Below, piece after piece: positions 1-30,883 of a stretch of DNA of 64,000 nucleotides (the stretch's first letter is position 1; each line of letters starts with the position of its first letter). The DNA is from the human T2T-CHM13v2.0 reference genome, Homo sapiens, in NCBI RefSeq assembly GCF_009914755.1, contig NC_060928.1. One strand, given 5' to 3'. A program made the translations under genes and the position numbers. Under the pieces are notes generated by a model that saw nothing but the letters and a program-made list of their open reading frames with translations, had not been told where the DNA came from and did no database searches.

Positions 1-351
1 GAACTGATAGACCTAAACAAAAAAAATTAAGAGCATAGATGACCTGAAGAATACTGTACTATTAACCACCTTGATCTAATTTCACATTTATAGAACAATT
101 AATCCAACAACAAAGAATATACATTTTTTCAAGGGAATGAAGTCAATCACCAAGATAGACCGTAGACCATAAAACATGTCTCATTGAATCTAAAAAAATC
201 AAGATCACACTGAGTGTATTCTCTGACTACAATGGAATTAAATTACAAATTAATCAGTAATAAGATATCTAGGGAAACCTCAAATACCTGGCTATTAAAC
301 AACATTTCTAAATAATTCATAGGTGAGAGAAGAAATTACAAGGGAAATTAG

Positions 352-2378
<2,027 letters not shown>

Positions 2379-3353
2379 TTATCCAAAACTTTCCCCAGAA
2401 TAAAGCTCTTGAGACAGATGGCTTCACCAGTGAATTCCATTAATATTCAAGGAACAAATAACACCAACTTATTAAACTTTTTCAGGAAATAAAGAGAGAC
2501 CACTGCTCAACTTGTTTTATGAAGCTAACAAAACCTTAATGTTAAAACATGACAAATATATCTTTTTTAAAAAAGGGAAATCATAGTAGCAGTAATAGGA
2601 GTTTAGATATATATAAAATAATTAATCAAATAAGTACAAATATTAAATTATACATGGAATAACATACAGCTAAATTTCTTACTGTTAAAGAAGAGAATAG
2701 TAAACTAGGCCAAACCTGGGTGTTGGATTCACAATTAGAGGTATCTTTGTAGATTTCAGTAACCATAGGTAGAAATAGAAATAAACTCACAGTAAATGTG
2801 TATGTATATACATATGTCTATGTACCTAGCTCTGTCCACTAAGAGGGCCTTGGAACAATGACTCCCCCCAAATCAGTGGACACACCTAGAGCCCAGATCT
2901 TAATTTCTAAATATGATTTTCTACTAAAGGAAATTAGGGATCCTTAGAGAGATGGCTGATTTCTGGCTGGTACAAATCCATCTGCATTATCTGTTGTGCC
3001 AGATAGCAAGGAATTCCTCAAAGAATGATGAGGACTTGTCAAAAGGAGACAGAAGCTACCTTGAAGGGGATCCCACTAGAAAAACTGGACTAATTTGAAC
3101 ATCAAAATAAATAATGACTCAACAATGTGAAAACAAACAACCATTAAAAATGGGCAAAAGATTTGAGCAGATATTTCATCAAAGAAGATATACAGCTCTC
3201 TCATGTGCAAATAAGCACATGAAAAGATTCTCAACATCTTTGTCGTTAGGGAAATACAAATTAAAACCACAATGAGATGCCACTTCACACCTATTAGAAA
3301 GGCTAAAATTAAATTGACAATACCAAGTATTGGTGAGGATAAGGCACAACTGA

Positions 3354-3724
<371 letters not shown>

Positions 3725-4594
3725 GATAGTTTCTTATAAACATATACTTACCAAGTGACCCAGCAAATCCATTTTCAGGTATTTACCAACTAAATGTGAA
3801 ACTGTATATTCACACACAAAAAACACATTTACAAATGTTTATATAACACTTCACGTTTAATTGTCAAAAACTGCAAACAACTCAACTGTCCCTCAGCTGG
3901 AAAATGGATAAACAGATAAATAGACTCCATCTCTAAAAAAAAAAAAAATTGTGTTAGCTGGGCATGGTAGCCTGCACCTGTAGTCCCAGCTCCTTGGGAG
4001 ACTGAGGTAGAAAGATGGCTTAAGCCCAGGAGTTCAAGGCTGCAGTGAGCTATGAGCATGCCACTGCACTCCAGCCTGGGCAACAGAGCAAGACCATGTG
4101 TCCAAAAAAAAAAAAAAAGAGGCCAGGTACAGTGGCTCATAGCCAGGTGTGTTGGTGCACTCCCGTGGTCCCAGCTACTCAGGAAGCTGAGGTGGGAAGA
4201 TTGCCTAAGCCCAGGGGATCAAGGCTGTAGTGAGCCATGATGTTGCCACTGCACTCCAGCCTGGATGACACAGCAAAACCCTGTCTCAAAAAAAAGAAGT
4301 AAAGAAGTATATAAGAAATGTATTGATACTCTATGGTTCCTAAATGTGGAATCTGTGACAGTGATTATCTCTTCACATGACAGGAATTTGTTCAGTTTTA
4401 ATTAAATGTTGCTATAGAAATTGTTGGCAAGAGATAAGGCAAAGCAATCACGGCAATAAACCCTTTCATCAGCATCTCTAGATAATTTGTTATCCTCACA
4501 GTAACACTACTCCTTTGTAGAGCTCTACAGAACTATTGAAGAGTTAACAGTGAGGCTGGGGGCAATGCCTCATGCCTATAATCCCAGCACTTCA

Positions 4595-4858
<264 letters not shown>

Positions 4859-5939
4859 TTAACAGTGGAAAAAGCATCACCGTGGATAAAGAACAACATA
4901 CAGGAAATCTCTATGAAATGGAAATGTGTTAATAATGAGGATGGAGAATTAATTCTAAAACAAAAGTTGCCTAGCTTCAAGCAAAGGTGAAAAATCTGTC
5001 TGAAGCAGTAAAAGGAAAGTACAATGTCCATAGCCAAAGTTTGTAGCTAGTTATGGTTGGCTAAGGAGATTTAAGTTTGCCAGTTTTTTCAGTGTAAAAA
5101 TGAGTGATATGGCTGTTGATATAAAGGTAATAGAAACACATATATTCTGAAAAGTTAAGAGCAATGATAGAAAAAAATGACTATATGGAATAGCAAATCT
5201 TTAACATGGATAAAATGGATTGTCTTGGTGAAAATATGTCAAATAGATAATCTATTCTGGAAGAATAAAAACAATTCCAGAGTTTCTCCCTTTGAAAGGT
5301 AGGTTGTTTATTACTTTGGAGTTAATGTAGTGAAATACTACGAAATATAAAAAAAACCCCAGTAGCTAACAAAAACTGTAGCTAGGCTGCATACCCAGAC
5401 ACACACATTTTTAACCTATAAAAAATGGATTACTGGCCAGGAGCCATAGCTCACATCTGTAATTCCAACACTTTGGGAAGCTAAAGCAGAAGGATCGCTT
5501 GAGGCCAGGAGTTTTGAGACCAGCCCAGGCAACATAGCAAGGCCTCATCTCTACAAAAAATTTAAAAATTAATTAGATATGGTGGTGCATGCCTGTAATC
5601 TCAGCTACTTGGGAGGCTGAGGTAGTTGGATTGCTTAAGCTCAAGGGTTTGAAGCTGCAGTGAGCTGGGATCATGTTACTGCACTCCAGCCTGGGCACCA
5701 GAGTGAGACCATGTCTCTAAAAAAAGAAAGTATTATGGGAAGTTAGGAAATGTTTATGTAAATATATATGTAATAAAGGTACTAAGTGCAATGAATCAAA
5801 CAACATTTGCAAGCAAAATGTTATAGATCCCACCAATAAACCTGCACAATTCTTAAGAGCAAACTCTCCCTAAAATACTTTACTAGTAAGTAAGAGAGAG
5901 ACCCGAGTTCTGTCCATCCTATAAAGAGTATTTCTGTAC

Positions 5940-6046
5940 CTGATGTAATGTAATACTGGGGGTGTGCAGGTCAATAGCAGCCAGAGAAGGAATTCGAGAT
6001 TCTGAAAGAATTTTGCTCTCTTTCTTTGTTAGCCTGGAATTTCGAG
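5940..6046 (-). CDS. CDKL2: CDKL2 exon 12 (alternative, long isoform C-tail)
   Basis: tctatctag|CT CGA AAT...CAT CAG|gtacag; 107 nt, phase 1 to 0; [35 protein letters not shown]; open and in frame with exon 11. Confidence 0.88.
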
Positions 6047-6266
6047 CTAGATAGAAATGACCATAAACACAGTGAAAATATTAGACATTTTGTTAGTTTT
6101 TAGTTTTTCACATTCTCTACGTGTTCCTCAGTATGTACTTATTATAACAGGTATTTACATACTTAAATATGTAAAGTTAGTATGAATTTTTATTTTTAAA
6201 TTCTGTCTAACATACATTTTAAATAATCTAAACAGACTACACAAAGTAAAAGCATTATCAACACAC

Positions 6267-6390
6267 CTATGCCTCCCAGTGCTCTTAGTTCAGGGAGATG
6301 ATTATAGTTTAGTTCAGGCAAACGGACATCTGTCCTGGAGTATTCTCTTCTTTTCTTACTTGCCCAAAAGAGGTTTTTTTCACTAGAGAC
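6267..6390 (-). CDS. CDKL2: CDKL2 exon 11 (alternative, long isoform C-tail)
   Basis: gatattag|GTC TCT AGT...GGC ATA G|gtgtgt; 124 nt, phase 0 to 1; [41 protein letters not shown]; resembles the long CDKL2 tail as I recall it from mouse. Confidence 0.85.
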
Positions 6391-8279
6391 CTAATATCAT
6401 CAACATAGTCAACAAAAAAGAATTAGTTTCAAGGTTAGCTAGGCTTTCCTTCTTCTGTAACTCCTATGTTCATATCCTAAAATTTGTGAAATTGAAGGTC
6501 TATAATAAAAAATTTGAAGGACATTAATAATACAAAAAAAATTCATCCAATTATTTCAAATGTCTTCCTCATTAAATTCATTAAAATTGCTAACAAGTAG
6601 ATAACTTGAGTGCTATGAGTTTCTCCTTCTTCCTTTGCCAATTATCAGTGTGTAAGTCCCAGCAAGTAGTAAAAGGTTAAAAGATGGGCATTGATGCGCT
6701 GGTTCTTCAGGCCAGCAAGGTCGGGCCTTACACTTCCTAGGCTTTTCAGCAAATAGTTGCTGTTGTCTTCATAAATTTTGAACAGTTTATCTTCACATGT
6801 ATATCATATCTCCCCCTAGCTTATTTTTCACTTTCCCAATATAATTTTGTTGTTCATTTTTCTATATATGTCCTTGTCTTGCTCCTCAGAGTTAGAATAT
6901 AATACTATCTTCCCAGGAATACAATTTATTAAGACACAGAAAGAATTATAACTTCAATTATTTTCCTGATCTTTCTTAGTACTATTATTTCACAGTTGAT
7001 AAAGTCAGAAAAAATAGTGAGGAATAGCAGCAGCACTTCAATTCTGCATCCTTATGAATTTGACACTTTTCCAATATTTTTCATTCGAGAATCACAGAAA
7101 GCCTGTATTCATATGTATGTATAATGAGCTACATACACACAAACATATGTATAATGACATTAAGTTATGGAGGTTCCTTGATGCCTCAAACTTAATATTC
7201 TGTGAATTATGCCATTCTGGCTACCAGAAAGTCTTCAAGAGTCCTGCAGTGAGCTTTTGAGTTTCTTTCTTTTGGATGTTTCTGCTTACTCTTTTCATAG
7301 AACAAGCGCTAAGGCTATTGGTTCAAGTTGGTTATAAAATAAAATAGTTAAAGAAAACTATATGCAAGTACAAAAAATAAAATTTAAAAATGAGTTTAAA
7401 CTACCAGATTAACATATTCAAAGAGTGAAAATAAAACATATATAATATATAATATAATATATTTATTCACACATCAGAATGGGGGCATAAAGCATGGGAG
7501 AGAGGTATTGATCTTTAACATACAAGTTGAAGAAAGTCTAGGCTTAGCTCTGCTTGCATTAATTTTCGTTAAGGAAAGACTCCACTGGGTCTTCACCCTC
7601 CTAATCTTCACCTCCTCTCTTGATTACCTCTTCCAAAGAAGAATAAATTACCTCTTCCAAAGAAGAATAAATCAGATCTAAAATTATCAGCCAGCATTGA
7701 TTATGCAATACCTGAAAGCAGGTTGATATCAGTTCTGGCAAAATGGTATTGAACCAGCTATTTTGAAAAGCCTTCCTGATTAAAATAATCTTCCAAAGCA
7801 AATCAGGATTTTAAAACACAAATATCCACAAAGAAACCAAAAAAGAAAGTACTATTGGCACAGAAATTATAAACTAAGAATAATTAAAAGAAAAACAAAT
7901 ACAATGTCCAAATCATGAGAGAGATGAAAAGGCTGTATTTTTCAGCTCTGAAGATAGTGAGAGAAATAGAGAGGGAAATTTGTCTCACACACACACAAAC
8001 ACACACACACAAGGAATATTCCTTTGGGAATACATCCATACCTCCCTTTGTTGTGAAAAGCATTCATTCATTCAGTATGGAGTCTTTCCTTAATGAAAAT
8101 TAATGCAAGCAGAGATAAGCCTAGACTTTCTTCAACTTGTAGGTTAAAGGACAATACCTCTCTCCCATGTTTTATACCCCCATTCTAAGGTGTGAATAAA
8201 TGTATTATTATAAATATTTATTTTGTGTTTTATTTTCACTCTTTGAATATATTAATCTGGTAGTTTGAACTCATTTTTA

Positions 8280-8663
<384 letters not shown>

Positions 8664-9770
8664 CTAGCTGGGGGAGACAGACAATATATAAATAAGAGTA
8701 TATAGACGATGTCAGGTAAATGCAATGGAAAAAAAAATAAGCAAGGAGAAGGCATCGAACATAAAGGGAGGCATAATGAGTTACAAGACTTCACAGTAAG
8801 GTTTCATGTGAGCTAAGAAGAGAAAAAGCAAATCCATTGGGTTATCTGGGGGAAGAATGTTCCAAAGCAAAAGAAATAGCAAGTGCAAAAGCCCAAAGGT
8901 GGGAGTATGTCTGACTATGTTCCAGGAATAACAAGGAAATCAGTGTGGTAGAACAGATTGATGGAGAAAGAGTAGGTGGAGATGGGATAGAGGGTTGGTT
9001 GGAGTCAATCCTGCAGGCACTTATAGACCCTATAAGGACTTTGGCCTTTCCTCAGTGATAAGAAGCTAATGGAGGAAGTTTAGCAGAAGAATGATGAGGG
9101 TTTCACCTAACTTCAAAAGAGAAACATTCTGGAGGCCATGCTGAGAATAATAATGGTCCTTCCTGTGCTCTGTCTAAATACAATATGATACTATGCTTTA
9201 ATTTGCTGATCCTCTAGATCATGAAGTCCTTGAAAAGAAAGATTGACTTATTTATTTCCAGTGTCTCACACATAACGATTGATAAATATTTATTATATAA
9301 ATAAATAGAATCGTTTCTTTCTTCTTTTTTTTTTTTTTTTGAGACAGGGTCTTGGTCTGTCACCCAGGCTGAGGTGCTGGGGCACAATTACAGCCACAGC
9401 TTACCACTGTAGCCTCAACTTTCCAGGCTCAAGCAACCCACCCATCTTAGCCTCCCAAGTAGCTAGGACTACAGTCATGTGCCACCATACCCAGCTAACT
9501 TTTTAAAAAATTTTTTGTAGAGACAGGATCTTGCTATGTTGCTCAAGCTTGTCTCAAACTCCTGGGCTCAAACTATCCTCCCACCTCGGCCTCCCAAAGT
9601 GCTGGGATTATAGATGTGTGCTACTGTCCCTGGCCAATAGAATACAGCCACCAAAAATCTGGTGTGGGTGAGATAAGACAATTTATCTTTTCATCTACTC
9701 TAAAAAAGAACTGACCAGCAATCATCAAGTTGAGAAAATTTACTATGTTACTAAAGAAAAAATAAAACAA

Positions 9771-10198
<428 letters not shown>

Positions 10199-10371
10199 TC
10201 AGAATTTCACGTTTATGACTATGATGGGTTGGGATAATATATGCACAATTAAGGTTTCACTTTATGTGTATCCAAACAAAATTCTCAATACTTCACTATC
10301 ATATTTAATTTTAATAAAAGTCTAGAGCTGACTGGTGTTTGCTCTTCTACTACTGAGAACTGCTTACTTAC

Positions 10372-10465
10372 TAATGTGGTCACATTAATGTTATAAATGC
10401 CTGATGGGGAATGTCTGTTCGGTTTAACAAATGGAATAGAACACTTCTTAGTTTTCTCATCCACT
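10372..10465 (-). CDS. CDKL2: CDKL2 exon 10
   Basis: ttacag|A GTG GAT...ACA TTA|gtaagt; 94 nt; [31 protein letters not shown]. Confidence 0.93.
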
Positions 10466-11059
10466 CTGTAACGACAAAAAAAAATGTTTTTAAGTTAGAA
10501 CCAGCAATAATTATTTTTTCAAGCACAAAACTAAATGACACAGCACCAACTAACAAGCAGTTTAACCAGAGTGTAATGTCTATTCTCAAATATACAATGC
10601 ACATAAATCTGGTGAAACATTCTATTCTTTAACACTACCCTCATGCCTCCCAGCAGCCCCCAACTCCTACCAAATACATTACCCTCCTTTCAGCAAAATT
10701 CCCAAATGGAGCTTCCTTATACTACTATAGGCTCACAGTCACACCATGCAGCAGCAGCCACTCAAAAATTATCTCTTTTAGTATGACAACCTGCTTTCAC
10801 ATTATTAGACTATATAGCTGTAGATTCTCTTCACCTTAAGCAATAAAACCCTACTTTCTCAGGACTTTGGTGAATTGTTTTGATCAAATGCTAATAATCT
10901 TCATCACACAGCCAAAAAGTCTTTTGAAACAGCTACCTGACAAGAATGAATAGCATCCAGAATTCTGAGAATAAAAACAATGTGGATGAATTGACAAACC
11001 CTTGCAATTTGCAAATATGTCCTTAAACACTTTTTTGATCTTATTTTACTAATTCATAC

Positions 11060-11361
11060 CTGTAACCCTGAATTGGTATAGTCTCAGTCCCCATTCCAGA
11101 ATTAATGCTGGGAGCAACTGCAGAAAGATTGTGTGTAAGTGGGGGAATTGCCACGCTTGGATTCCTTGTGTGGTCCACGCTGACATTGCTGCAGTCTTTG
11201 AGGCTTGTTGAAGGCACTATTTTGTTGTGGCTTGTCCTACTGTCATGGAGACAGCTGGCATTTGAAGCTCTATTGCCTTTTTCAGCTTTTTCTCCATCAA
11301 TTTTTGAGCCTTTTATTTTAAATAGTTTATAATCCTTAATTTTGGGATCAGCATTGGTATC
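11060..11361 (-). CDS. CDKL2: CDKL2 exon 9
   Basis: gatcag|GAT ACC AAT...TAC AG|gtatga; 302 nt open frame [20 protein letters not shown]...IPIQGY. Confidence 0.93.
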
Positions 11362-12201
11362 CTGATCATTAACAAAAATATTAATAAGGTTAATGATCTG
11401 AAGAGAATGAAAATTTACCTCTTCTTATAAAGTACTTGTCAACTAGAGCAGAATATCATAAGTATCACCTTTTTGAAACTGTTTTCTTTATTCTTCCTAG
11501 GGGATTAAAATTAAAGCCAGATTCTTATTCAGATAGTTATTGGGAAAATACAAAAAGAATGGAAATGCAATTCACACAGCTCACTCAGACACACACACAC
11601 ACACATACACACACATCAGTGGAAAAACTCATGGAAGAGGAATCAAGAATTCCACTTTTGTTCTTACATATTCAGAGTCATGGAACACAAAACTGATAAC
11701 TCTTTCTTCTTTTGGTGTACTTGATATAAGTGGATTGGTGGTGGATTTGAATTACCTTATCAAGAACAGATCCTGGGTAGTTCACCAGGAAAAGCAAACC
11801 TAAGTTAAGTATCCAAATCTCACTTTTCAAATTTTTACTTCATATAAATTTCTACAGACAATATTTTTCACTCATATCCTTTAAGAAAGATAAGTGGGGT
11901 GAGGGTTGTTTGTTCCATGTGTCTGTGTGTATATGTGTTCATGAAAACACATATCTAGATGTTCTTGGATGAATGTGATTTAAGCACTGTTGCACAGTCT
12001 GGCACATAACAGGTACTCAAAACATGATATGTTAAGTTTTCTAAACAGGTAATATCTACTGAGAAGATACATTTTTACAACTAAACTAAAAGTTAACAAT
12101 TTGCTCACTGCTCAGAAAACTTTTTTCAAAATCATATTTTTTCTCAAAAAATTTAAAAAAATAAGTATATTAAATCTAAAATGTGAAACATGAACATTTA
12201 C

Positions 12202-12337
12202 CTGTACCACAAGTGTTTTTCTTTCTTCAACTAAGGAATCATCTTTTTCTTTTTCCTTCTTTCTGTTTTGGGATTTTTTAGATAAAGAAACATTTCTGGC
12301 ATCTTTCTGTACTTTTAACTGTAGTTCTTGGGAAAAC
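12202..12337 (-). CDS. CDKL2: CDKL2 exon 8
   Basis: tatgtag|G TTT TCC CAA...GTA CAG|gtaaat; 136 nt; [45 protein letters not shown]. Confidence 0.94.
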
Positions 12338-12477
12338 CTACATAAAAATATAATAAAATAAAATTGTAAGACATGGATAAACCTACAAAAAAATTGACTT
12401 TCAAGATATTTATTTTTTAAAAATTGAATGTTAAACTAGTCTATGTTATTAAAAATGAGAAAAATCCTGGCCTAGAT

Positions 12478-13880
<1,403 letters not shown>

Positions 13881-14405
13881 TACTGCCACTCATCTCACTA
13901 TTCTTTGTTTCGTCAGCTGCACTGTTGCCAGCAGCTTGAGCAGCACAGAAGACCATGCCAGCAACTCTGGCACCCACAGGTTTGGCATATCAAGGTCTCC
14001 AACACATCAGCAGTGTCAGCAGTATCAAAGGACTTGGTGTGGTATGAGTTTGGCAGCAATAGGAGATGGCACTTTTGTAACTACATCAGCATCTAAGATG
14101 ATGGCATCACACAGTTGGTAGCAACATAGAAATCAATGATCTGACTGGTAGACGTCACCACAGGGAGACAGAAAGAAGACATAAAATGACCGCTTCATGA
14201 AAACCAAGAGCACTAATTTAGTAAATGTAGGAGACCACCCCTAGGAACTGCATTATTGCTAAGGGAATATGGGGGTAGAGTGGTAGATATCTGAGATCCT
14301 GCAAAGTAGGTGGGAACAGAAATAAGAGAAGTGCTATTTGTGACTATTGTGGAAGACTTTAACCCTAGGTTGGTATGGCCTGAAAAACATGGGTAAGTAC
14401 TATAC

Positions 14406-14494
14406 CTCTCAGCAAATCCATCCATTTGAAAGAAATCATGGTGTAGGAGCTCAGCACAGAAGGGTCTTTTGTCGGGGTCAATATGTAAGCATTT
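14406..14494 (-). CDS. CDKL2: CDKL2 exon 7 (kinase subdomain XI)
   Basis: tttcag|AAA TGC...GAG AG|gtatag; 89 nt; [29 protein letters not shown]. Confidence 0.95.
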
Positions 14495-14589
14495 CTGAAA
14501 AATTAAGAACACTTAGAGTTCATATCAAGAAAAACTACCTACATTTAAATTTATAAATATAGAAAAAAAATCCTCTTTATAGTCAACGA

Positions 14590-17048
<2,459 letters not shown>

Positions 17049-17112
17049 TAATGTGTTTTTCAGTGAGGATGTTTTCACATTTACAAAATGCTAGATAACA
17101 ATAAATGGTTTC

Positions 17113-17424
<312 letters not shown>

Positions 17425-17573
17425 AATAAATGGTTTCTTAATGAGTGTTAAAACAGGTAAAATTTTCAGTCCTTTTTCTCTGAAGTTACCCCCATCAAAT
17501 TATTTAAATTGTTTCTAAATGTACAAAAATTAAAATTATTAGAGGAAATTGTTGACCTAAAAGATCAACTAGA

Positions 17574-19525
<1,952 letters not shown>

Positions 19526-19646
19526 CTACCTTCACTTAAAACATATATAATCTTTAATGCAACAGCTTAAAAAATCACAAACACACAGGCACAAACAAAT
19601 ATGCAGAAAAATCTCTAAAATTTAAAATGCAGATGTGTAACCTTAC

Positions 19647-19759
19647 CTAAACACATCATAATATGATATAGCTGATCAATATCAGAATCTCCAGGAAATA
19701 GGGGTTCCCCCATGAACATTTCAGTTACCAGACAACCAATGGCCCACACATCAACAGCC
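19647..19759 (-). CDS. CDKL2: CDKL2 exon 5 (kinase subdomain IX)
   Basis: tttcag|G GCT GTT...TTA G|gtaagg; 113 nt; [37 protein letters not shown]. Confidence 0.96.
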
Positions 19760-19794
19760 CTGAAAGAAAAGCAATGTGGTGTAAAATCTGGCAT

Positions 19795-20006
19795 CCTAAT
19801 ATGCTCCAAAACCCAAAGCTTTTTGAGCACTGAGGTGATGCTCAAAGGAAATGCCAACCAGAGCATTTCAGATTTCAGATTCTCAGATTTGGCATGCTCC
19901 AATGGTATAATGCAAATATCCCAAAATCCAAAAAAAAAAAAAAACCCATCTGAAATCTGCAACACTTCTGGTCCCAAGCATTTAGGATAAGGAATACTCA
20001 ACCTAT
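19795..20006 (-). mobile_element. MER46/Tigger4-type DNA transposon
   Basis: Terminal sequence (reverse complement) aggttgagtattccttatcctaaatgcttgggaccagaagtgtt. Confidence 0.75.
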
Positions 20007-20325
20007 AGTAAGCCTTAAATTACCCATGAAATGATTTTTCCCTATTAAAATTCTAACTCCCAATTTTACATAAGTGAGCTTTCCAGAAACTTCAATCATG
20101 TGACATAAAAGGGAAATGCCTTCTGAAAAGCCAAAACAGTTATTATGTATACTTTATTCTGGAAATAAAACTCTCAGGCTCCATTTAGAGCCTATTCATT
20201 CTTTGTTTACGCATAACTCTAGCAAGCTTGACCAATCTATGCTATGCCATCATACACTGAAAACAGCATACCAGAAAGAGGAGGTGGCTGCTAAGGATAA
20301 ATACAGTAACAATGAAGAGAACTGA

Positions 20326-28236
<7,911 letters not shown>

Positions 28237-28379
28237 TTAATAGATGCACAGATGAAGTATTTAGTGTTAAAGTATACTGATGTCTGCAACTTATTTTCAA
28301 ATGCATAAATCAATAAGACAGATTAAAGGATTAATGAATAAATATGTGATAAAGCAAATTATTTAAACCCAATACTTAC

Positions 28380-28574
28380 ATTGTGACTGTGACAAAATCC
28401 AATTCCATTAATAATCTGAAACAAATACTTTTGAACTACTTGGTAGTCTAGTCCATTTGGAAAGAGCTCCAAGTCATCAAGAATTGTGTGGTCAACAAAT
28501 TCAAAGACTAGGTACCATCGTTTTTTTTTCTTACACACTTCCAAGAGATTCACCAAGTTTTCATGCCTAAGTTG
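28380..28574 (-). CDS. CDKL2: CDKL2 exon 3
   Basis: taacag|CAA CTT AGG...CAC AAT|gtaagt; 195 nt; [65 protein letters not shown]. Confidence 0.96.
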
Positions 28575-29837
28575 CTGTTATTAAAAAATGCAAAATAGCT
28601 GTTATTTAAAAATGCAAAATAGTTTATATAAACTAAGATCAAATTATTAGCAATTAATTATTTAAAATAGATCTCAGCGTAAGAAAAATATATAAATAAA
28701 ATGCATACATAGTGTAAATTGTAAAAGCATATTCTGGTTTTTAAACTACAATTGAGAGACTATATTGCTCCTTTCTCCTCTCAGAGAACAAAATAAAGCT
28801 AATAAGAAAAATAAGTGTAACTCCATCTTTGCTAAAACTAAGAGGGATCTATGACCCCCTACTCACAACAAATGAGATGGGACTACTAAATCTAATCACG
28901 GTCAAACAGGAGTATAGGAAGGCACCAAAAGATCATCTGTGGCTACAAAGCTGGAAGCGTAAGAGTTCTCTGAAGCCAGTGACATACCCTGAAAAGACAA
29001 AAAAGTCCTCCTTTAATATAATGGAAAACTATGTATACATATATATAGTATATATATATATGTATATTCATATATATATATACACTATATATATATGAAA
29101 TAAGGCTCATAGACAGCAGTGAAAACATCCCTAGAACTGAATGGCACCAAGAAACAGCATTGGGGAAGGGCTGGATAAGGAATCACACAGAAACACATTT
29201 GCTGGAAACAATCTCTCAGTGAGGCAGTGTAGAAGGCAAAACAATTCATTATGAACAAGCCTGCAACTGCAAGTTTTAGAGAAATTAAACCTAATAGAAT
29301 TAAATCCCACACTGAGGCATATGTGATAAGGAACACCATTGTGAATTATGGTAAATTCCTGCTAGCCTGGAACAAAGTCATGGCCTCTCCCCAGAACCTC
29401 CTACAAATAGTCCTCCAAAGACTCAGACTTTATTATAAGAAACAATCAAAAAGGAACCAATCAAGGATCTATTCAAAGATGTAAGAAATGGGGAAGAAAG
29501 GAGAAAGAAACATAAATGGTAGATTAACACTCACCAGAAAAAAATGTTGCCACCTTTAAAGGGAAAGAAACCAATGGAATGCAGAATACAGCTCTCAAAA
29601 TCCTCAAGAAAATCCAAGTATGATCCAGGAACTTTATACCCAACCAAACTGTCATTCAAGTAAAAGCATGAATGAGCATTCAAGTAAAAACAACATGAGC
29701 ATTGAATCCATTTAAGGCAGGACTAAATCTTATACAAATGTGGGCATCATGGTTATGAAACAGAAAGTGAACATTTTAAATGCAACAATGCACAAATGAT
29801 ATAGAAGATGTAAACAAGATAAAAGTGTATATATACA

Positions 29838-30847
<1,010 letters not shown>

Positions 30848-30883
30848 TCAAAAATCATATAGAAAAATGTTTTTTAAAGAGTT

